NCBI GenBank assembly: GCA_046758365.1
Contig: JBHIAC010000093.1
Coordinates: forward strand, 1-12,956
Direction of reading: 5' to 3'
Length of the DNA: 12,956 nucleotides
Source of the DNA: a bacterium
GTDB taxonomy: Bacteria; Zhuqueibacterota; Zhuqueibacteria; Oceanimicrobiales; Oceanimicrobiaceae
Part shown: positions 7,916 through 12,956 of the stretch, piece after piece
Numbering within the stretch: position 1 is the stretch's first letter
How the letters are laid out: the number at the start of each line of letters is the position of its first letter
Notes under the pieces: model-generated
What the model was told of the DNA's origin: nothing
Seen by the model: only the letters and a program-made list of their open reading frames with translations
Database searches by the model: none
Made by a program: the position numbers and the translations under genes

Positions 7916-9328
7916 TCAAGATGTTTTCACTCCAGTTGACGTTTCTATGATACTTAAATACTCATCTTTTATGTTATTCATCTCCGCAACCAGTTTTCTA
8001 CGTTCTCGCCGCATTTTGTTGAACAACTGACGATTGGTAAATAGAAAAAAGAAGAAACTTATCCGTTCCTGTTCTTCGCGAATTTGTTTTAAGTAAGTCA
8101 AAGCAAAGAGGCCTGTAATGGGTAGGCTTGCAAAATAAATGGAAGCCCACAGAGCACCCCCAAAATACCAAACCACAAAAATTTGCAAAGTATAAAAGAC
8201 AATAAATGCCGTGCCTCCACCTATTAACAGTGCCGATAAAATTTTCGTTCTTTCATCAATAAATTTTTTAGCTATATATTCAGTTATTGAGTAAGGGATG
8301 AAATTATTCAGTATGCCGTAGATTGCCACCGGGAATCCCAAAAAAGCCTCACTAAAAGTTCTCATGCTTAATTTAACCAATTGAGTGAAGCCGAGCTTTT
8401 CTTTTAGCATAGTGTCCTTCAAATGCAGTTTCTTCAATTTGCGTTTGTAAACATTAATTTTTTCCTGTAACTCACGCACTATCTGAGGCTTATGTTCATA
8501 GTAATATTCCACACATTCGGCGATCCTTTGAGTAATAAGAAAATCTGCTAAAGTTTTTTTGGAGGACTTTTCAATTTCTTGAATTTCACTTTTCAACTCA
8601 TCACGGTAAAGAATTTCAATGTCACGCACAAATTGGTCGAGCTCTGCGTGTCGGATGTTTACCGTGAGCTCCTCCAGACTCCGCTGAATCTCTTCAGTGA
8701 GCCTTTGAACCGCCTCATAGTTGTCTTTTCGATTAAGCTCAAAATACGGAGTTAAATCGAGGGCATTACCAATGTTCACCAGAACCTTGCTGCGGAAGCG
8801 ACTTCGAGAGAAGAAGTAGAGTCCAATTGGAATGACTTTAACCCCCAGTTGATAACGGTTCCGCCGCTCCGTCTCCAGAACAATTCGGGCGGCACCGGTT
8901 TTGACTTTTCTTACCTGGCGCAGCATGTCACTGGTGCCTTCCGGGAAAATGCCAATGGTCTCCCCCTTCTCTAAAGCCTCATAACAGGCCTGAAACGCCG
9001 TAACATTTTGGTCCATCTTTTCGGGAGAATCTTCGCGGCGATATACTGGAATGACTCCACAGCTTCGTAAGAACCACGACTTAAGTTTATTTGAGAAGAG
9101 TCCAGCATGACCGATGTAGTTTACTTTCCGCTTGGTAATCACCCCCATGACCAGTGCATCCATGATGGAATTAGGATGATTGGCCACAAACACTACCGGA
9201 CCTCGGCGAGGTACATTCTGACCATGCCGCAGCTCTATCTTCTGGAAAAAGATGGCCATGGCGATTTTTACAATACTGCGGATAAAACGATAAAGAACGT
9301 GTATGGATTTGGCTTTGATTTGGTTCAT
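7916..9328 (-). CDS. Membrane-bound lysophospholipid/glycerol-3-phosphate acyltransferase (PlsC superfamily)
   Basis: ANHPNSIMD block I, IPVYR block II, IFPEG block III, KTGAARI, VIPIGL block IV. C-terminal helical region with 2-3 hydrophobic segments. Confidence 0.92.
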   Translation of the reverse strand: MNQIKAKSIHVLYRFIRSIVKIAMAIFFQKIELRHGQNVPRRGPVVFVANHPNSIMDALVMGVITKRKVNYIGHAGLFSNKLKSWFLRSCGVIPVYRREDSPEKMDQNVTAFQACYEALEKGETIGIFPEGTSDMLRQVRKVKTGAARIVLETERRNRYQLGVKVIPIGLYFFSRSRFRSKVLVNIGNALDLTPYFELNRKDNYEAVQRLTEEIQRSLEELTVNIRHAELDQFVRDIEILYRDELKSEIQEIEKSSKKTLADFLITQRIAECVEYYYEHKPQIVRELQEKINVYKRKLKKLHLKDTMLKEKLGFTQLVKLSMRTFSEAFLGFPVAIYGILNNFIPYSITEYIAKKFIDERTKILSALLIGGGTAFIVFYTLQIFVVWYFGGALWASIYFASLPITGLFALTYLKQIREEQERISFFFFLFTNRQLFNKMRRERRKLVAEMNNIKDEYLSIIETSTGVKTS

Positions 9329-9347
9329 GACTCAAACATTTAAATAT

Positions 9348-9587
9348 TCATGCGGCCAATTCATGCTCTTTTTCCTCTAAAATTTGACCTGCTAAATGAA
9401 GGGCTTCGGTTATGGCCTCATGATTAATTACTCCATCCCATTCCTCAATAATTGCGTCACAATCCATCCCTTCTGCCACCATTTCAATTACATCTCTAAC
9501 AAAAATCCGAGTCCCTTTGAACGTTAATTTACCATGGCAAATTTCAGGATCGGCTACAATATATTTTCCAAATTCTTTACGTTTCAT
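9348..9587 (-). CDS. DUF433-domain protein (putative antitoxin, VapB45-like), orphan
   Basis: IVADPEICHGKLTFKGTRIFVRDVIEMVAEGM...IIEEW...AITEAL is the DUF433 pattern. GGAG SD at 9600-9597 supports ATG 9587 over TTG 9632. Confidence 0.9.
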   Translation of the reverse strand: MKRKEFGKYIVADPEICHGKLTFKGTRIFVRDVIEMVAEGMDCDAIIEEWDGVINHEAITEALHLAGQILEEKEHELAA

Positions 9588-9620
9588 GAATGATTTCTCC
9601 AATATTTGGATTTTAGAATT

Positions 9621-9664
9621 TTGAATATTCAATAAATATACTAAATTTAAAGCATTTGATTCAA
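9621..9664 (-). promoter_or_regulatory. Candidate DUF433 promoter with palindromic operator
   Basis: TTGAAT (9664-9659) - N18 - TATATT (9640-9635). Perfect 12-bp palindrome TTGAATATTCAA at 9621-9632 over the predicted start site. Related TTTGA-T-TCAAA over the -35. Confidence 0.5.
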
Positions 9665-9712
9665 AATGTAAATAGAAAGTTTAGAATTTTAGCCATTACT
9701 CATCTTCACAAA

Positions 9713-10021
9713 ATGTCAGAAAATTTATTTAACAAATTTTATGAAATTATTTCAAAAATTCCAAAAGGAAAGGTAGCCACCTATGGTCAAATTGCCGCCT
9801 TGGCTGGTCATCCCCATTCGGCCCGCATGGTAGGCTGGGCGTTAAACAGTCTTCCCCACAATACGCATGTACCCTGGCACCGAGTTATCAATGCCCAGGG
9901 CAAGAGTTCCTTCCCTGAAGAATCCCAACGAAAACTGCAGCAGGCGCTTCTTGAAGCCGAAGGCATAATCTTTGATGAAAACGGAAAGGTAGATTTAGAT
10001 AAATTTCAATGGGATGGGTAG
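9713..10021 (+). CDS. atl: Alkyltransferase-like protein (ATL; MGMT DNA-binding family, non-catalytic)
   Basis: IPKGKVATYGQIA..AG...ARMVG..L...PWHRVIN..G...Q..LL.AEG. Trp replaces the active-site Cys of PCHR; single domain of about 102 aa from ATG 9713. Confidence 0.9.
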   Translation: MSENLFNKFYEIISKIPKGKVATYGQIAALAGHPHSARMVGWALNSLPHNTHVPWHRVINAQGKSSFPEESQRKLQQALLEAEGIIFDENGKVDLDKFQWDG

Positions 10022-10029
10022 TAATTCCA

Positions 10030-10063
10030 TAGCGCGCCAAAGCGCAAGTGAATAGTGAAAAGT
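10030..10063 (+). repeat. 34-bp element, copy 2
   Basis: TAGCGCGCCAAAGCGCAAGTGAATAGTGAAAAGT; begins 8 nt after the atl stop; one mismatch to copy 1. Confidence 0.95.
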
Positions 10064-10356
10064 AATACCATAGTCTAAATAGGCTGTTCTCAAGCGACGA
10101 CGCCACCGGTATGTCTTCGTTAGAATCGAAGGAATCTCCTTCCGTGGGAACTTGTTTAGAAGCGAGAGTCCCTTTGTAAAGGGAATTGCCTTAGTGTAGA
10201 GTCGGTGGTACTCTTCATAGAATTCCTTGAGCGAAAGTGCGGTGGGCAGCAAGGTGTGAATGAAATCAAAGTAGTCGTAGTCGTGGGTAATCAATTGATT
10301 TTTCACTTCTGCGCAGAGGTCTGTGCCAGGCAGAGGCGTCAGCACAGCAAAAGAGC
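10064..10356 (-). pseudogene. C-terminal fragment of a cobalamin-binding radical SAM enzyme (HpnR-like tail)
   Basis: SFAVLTPLPGTDL...THDYDYFDFIHTLLPTALSLKEFYEEY. TPLPGT is typical of B12-binding radical SAMs. In-frame TAG at 10372-10370 just upstream; no CxxxCxxC or B12 domain. The frame has no stop before the 34-bp repeat and runs through it into atl. Confidence 0.8.
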
Positions 10357-10410
10357 GGTCGTTTTCAGGCTAGGTCAACCCCGAAGTATGCGTCAGGAGA
10401 ACATACAGCG

Positions 10411-10558
10411 TTATTTTCTGTTCCGAATTATGCCAGGGGTGATTTCGATCGGCTCCACCTGGATTGCCTGAATCTCCAACTCCGCGCCAAGGACCGTGTC
10501 TTTGTCCAGAGTGATTTTTCTTGAGTATCTTTCTTCCCCAATATTTCACATTGAGCGA
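10411..10558 (-). pseudogene. Frameshifted fragment resembling the end of a CarboxypepD_reg-like domain (TonB-dependent receptor N-terminus)
   Basis: SLNVKY / (frameshift near 10540) / IGEERYSRKITLDKDTVLGAELEIQAIQVEPIEITPGIIRNRK*. Matches the L-x-V-x-Y-I-G...I-x-L...L......hxxhxhT pattern. Confidence 0.5.
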
Positions 10559-10564
10559 CTCAGG

Positions 10565-11299
10565 CTACGACAGGCTATTCAGCAGCCCGACGAGATATCC
10601 TTCCAAGCTGGCTTCCTCACTTTTCAATTTCTCCAGATCATTAGCGCTAAGGTCTGCGATGAGCTGGCCATCCTTCAAAACCAGATTGCGGTCACAAAGC
10701 CTTTCAACCACTTCCAGGACGTGAGTCGACAAGATGACTATGCCACCCTCTGCGACGAACTCTTTCAGTAGCGCTTTGATATGAAACGTGCTCTCAAAAT
10801 CCACGCCGTTCAGCGCTTCATCGAGGAACACAATCTCTGGGCGCCCGAGCAGCGCTGCAGCAATGGCCACCTTCTTGCGCATACCAAGTGAAATGTTGGA
10901 AGTCAACTTTCTCCGCTCTGGGTGCAGCAGCAACTTTTCCAACAATTCGGCTACTTCCGAATCCAGTTTCTCGGTTGGTATCTTCTTAACGCCAGCCACG
11001 AATCGTATGAAATCTTCAACCGTGAGCTCCGGATACAAAAACGGCGTTTCATGCACATATCCGATTCTGCGCTTGAACCAGAGATTCTCTCGGTAGATAT
11101 TCTTGCCAGCATAACAAATCGAACCCGATGCTGGTCGAAATTGTCCGGAAATAGCCAACAGCATGGTGCTTTTGCCTGCTCCGTTCGGCCCCAACAGGCC
11201 AGCAAACGTGCCTGGGAACAGCGTTACAGAAAGGCCTTCAATAACCGGCGCCCCACCGTAACTCACAACAAGCTCTTTGACTTCCAGCGCATCACTCAT
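10565..11299 (-). CDS. ABC transporter ATP-binding protein (ABC-2/EcsA-YtrB-like exporter)
   Basis: Walker A GPNGAGKST, signature-like ISLGMRKK, Walker B VFLDE, D-loop ALNGVD, H-loop LSTH, C-terminal SLE. Confidence 0.95.
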   Translation of the reverse strand: MSDALEVKELVVSYGGAPVIEGLSVTLFPGTFAGLLGPNGAGKSTMLLAISGQFRPASGSICYAGKNIYRENLWFKRRIGYVHETPFLYPELTVEDFIRFVAGVKKIPTEKLDSEVAELLEKLLLHPERRKLTSNISLGMRKKVAIAAALLGRPEIVFLDEALNGVDFESTFHIKALLKEFVAEGGIVILSTHVLEVVERLCDRNLVLKDGQLIADLSANDLEKLKSEEASLEGYLVGLLNSLS

Positions 11300-12785
11300 G
11301 TGATCGGATATAGGAATGTTTTGTTAAAAGTTCGGGCACGCTAAATAGATTGAGCCGCAAGGCAGATATGGATGAAAGGAGAGCTACGACCACCGCAACC
11401 TCAACTCGATACTTGTAAAGCAATGCAGAGGTGATTATCAGAACCAGCAGCCAGTAACCGAAATGCTTGTGAGCTCTTTTGAGATTTGGATAATTTGCCA
11501 CCCCGCTGTTCATAGCTATGCCAAGCAGCATACTTCCTGCCAATATAGATTTCAGCCAAAATTCGACCGCCGAAGACAGACCACCGCCCGAAACAACGAT
11601 CAAAAACGCCATGACCGCTGAAACCAGCAAAACCCAGGTCAAAGCCGGGACAAAAACCGAAAAATAAAACTGCAGTTTAGAAATTGGAAATGTAAAGGTA
11701 ATTTGCGTTGGTTCGACTTCCGGGCTGAAACGGTTGATGGTGGCCGAACTGTACCACACAATGTAGATGATGTTCAAACCAAGCAGTACAGAAATGGTGT
11801 CTTCCCAATTCTGATTGTTCATCGCCATCAGGTAAGCAGCCGACACAAAGCCGGTGGCCAGCATCAGCCTGGAAAATCTTGTTCTGGAACGCTGGCTCTG
11901 AATAATGTTCTTAAATAGCAGTGGATTAAATGCTGACAGACCCTTCCCTAAAATTCTCACCAGCAATGAATCATTCACTCCAGTTGATTGCTCACAGGAC
12001 GTGGCTGTCTTCAGCCAGTGGTTTCGAGCGTAAAGCACGACGAAAAGTCTCTCTGAAATAGCAACCAGAAAAAGGGTAGCAAAAACCAGAGCCAGAAGAA
12101 TTGTCCAGTAGCTCAGGTTAGAGACAGACATCGGAATCAACATGATCATCAGGAGCGCACCTGCAAAAACCACCAGGACGGCGCCTTGTACAACAGGATT
12201 GCGCCTGGTCAAATAATTGGGCGCCGCCGACTTACCCGAGCCAAAGCAGAGAATTAATTGAAGGCACGACATGAGTGCAAGACACAGCAAGAAAAACACA
12301 GCGCTGAGCAGAATCGGCCTCGCGAGAAATGCTAATGAGGACACTGGAGTCAAACCTAACAGAGACACCGAGAACAAAATGGGAATCCATGAGAATCTAA
12401 AGATATCCGAGAGGAAAAAGTGGTGGAAAATCCTCTCAGGAGAAATCGGCAGACTGAGCAAGAATCTGAACTCTTCCAGCCGTGAAGGCATCGGTTTAAT
12501 GGACACAATAAACCAGACCACCAGTAGAAGAGTCTGAATGATAAACGGTCCCTTAATGAACTCACCCCAAATCAGATCGTCATTCAAAGTCCCCTTCTCT
12601 GGATTGAAACCCCAAATCGCGAGACTCATTAAAGTGCACCCTAATAGGAACGCAAGAAAGACCCCGCTATATTGGATGGGCCGCACCATCTTGTTCGGAA
12701 ACTTGGCCGCCAGTCGAGCATGATTAAGCCTGAAAAACAAAGCCCAAAAATGCCGAGAAGATTGAAAGTACTCTGAGGTCTTCAT
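11292..12785 (-). CDS. Polytopic membrane protein, probable ABC exporter permease
   Basis: About 11-12 hydrophobic segments in two halves, each with an ABC-2-like motif (FLLSLPIS; TFTFPIS). Overlaps the ATPase start by 8 nt. ATG 12785 or TTG 12788. Confidence 0.85.
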   Translation of the reverse strand: MKTSEYFQSSRHFWALFFRLNHARLAAKFPNKMVRPIQYSGVFLAFLLGCTLMSLAIWGFNPEKGTLNDDLIWGEFIKGPFIIQTLLLVVWFIVSIKPMPSRLEEFRFLLSLPISPERIFHHFFLSDIFRFSWIPILFSVSLLGLTPVSSLAFLARPILLSAVFFLLCLALMSCLQLILCFGSGKSAAPNYLTRRNPVVQGAVLVVFAGALLMIMLIPMSVSNLSYWTILLALVFATLFLVAISERLFVVLYARNHWLKTATSCEQSTGVNDSLLVRILGKGLSAFNPLLFKNIIQSQRSRTRFSRLMLATGFVSAAYLMAMNNQNWEDTISVLLGLNIIYIVWYSSATINRFSPEVEPTQITFTFPISKLQFYFSVFVPALTWVLLVSAVMAFLIVVSGGGLSSAVEFWLKSILAGSMLLGIAMNSGVANYPNLKRAHKHFGYWLLVLIITSALLYKYRVEVAVVVALLSSISALRLNLFSVPELLTKHSYIRSHE

Positions 12786-12956
12786 CAAGCGTTAAAGAAG
12801 TATAGTCAAATATCATCACAATTATATTGAAATGGTACTTACTATAAAGGTAAGTAAAATATTGAACGAATTACATGATGAATTGTTCTTTATTTACATC
12901 CGTCTTTTTTATTCTTCCTTTAAATGTTAACTTCTGGAAATTCCTTCTAATTGTTT

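Noticed and set aside
4275..9343. Shadow ORFs (4275, 5568, 5960, 7041, 7641, 9107)
   Set aside because: Antisense or off-frame to motif-supported genes; no independent evidence.
7877..10063. 34-bp repeat as a CRISPR repeat or integron attC site
   Set aside because: Only two copies, inverted and 2 kb apart; no spacers or cas genes; no RYYYAAC/GTTRRRY ends.
9888..10106. 72-aa minus-strand ORF, and the C-terminal extension of ORF 9995-10345
   Set aside because: They read through the 34-bp repeat and antisense into atl; not credible as proteins.
10205..12723. Numerous overlapping ORFs in the ABC region
   Set aside because: Expected shadow ORFs in higher-GC coding DNA; no motifs.
12870..12956. 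Possible 3' end of an upstream minus-strand gene at the window edge
   Set aside because: More than one short frame is open and none has a recognisable motif; cannot be resolved in this window.

Overview
A mostly AT-rich bacterial window. The C-terminal 'QNYPNPFNP' FlgD-Ig/T9SS-type tail on the large secreted protein suggests an FCB-type lineage such as KSB1 or Calditrichota (inference). Intact genes, in order: the 3' end of a small Rho-N-like protein, a secreted BNR/Asp-box beta-propeller protein, lysA, an Ig-like (Big_5) lipoprotein, an RHH-MazF toxin-antitoxin pair, a NodB deacetylase, an acyltransferase, an orphan DUF433 antitoxin, an ATL (PWHRV) DNA-repair protein, and a higher-GC ABC ATPase/permease pair. 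The notable signal lies between genes. (i) Two copies of a 34-bp element (33/34 identical, inverted, 7877-7910 and 10030-10063) each start 5-8 nt after a stop codon and bracket acyltransferase-DUF433-atl. (ii) Several spacers are built from short, abutting gene remnants, mostly absent from the ORF track: a BNR C-terminus fused to an antitoxin tail plus a VapC N-terminus at 254-432, a probable 3-codon toxin stub after DUF433, a radical SAM C-terminus, and a frameshifted CarboxypepD_reg-like fragment bracketed by an 8-bp direct repeat. No rRNA, tRNA, CRISPR array, transposase or recombinase was seen. Family assignments come from motif recognition only; no database search was run. I found no complete novel system; the 34-bp element is the best lead.
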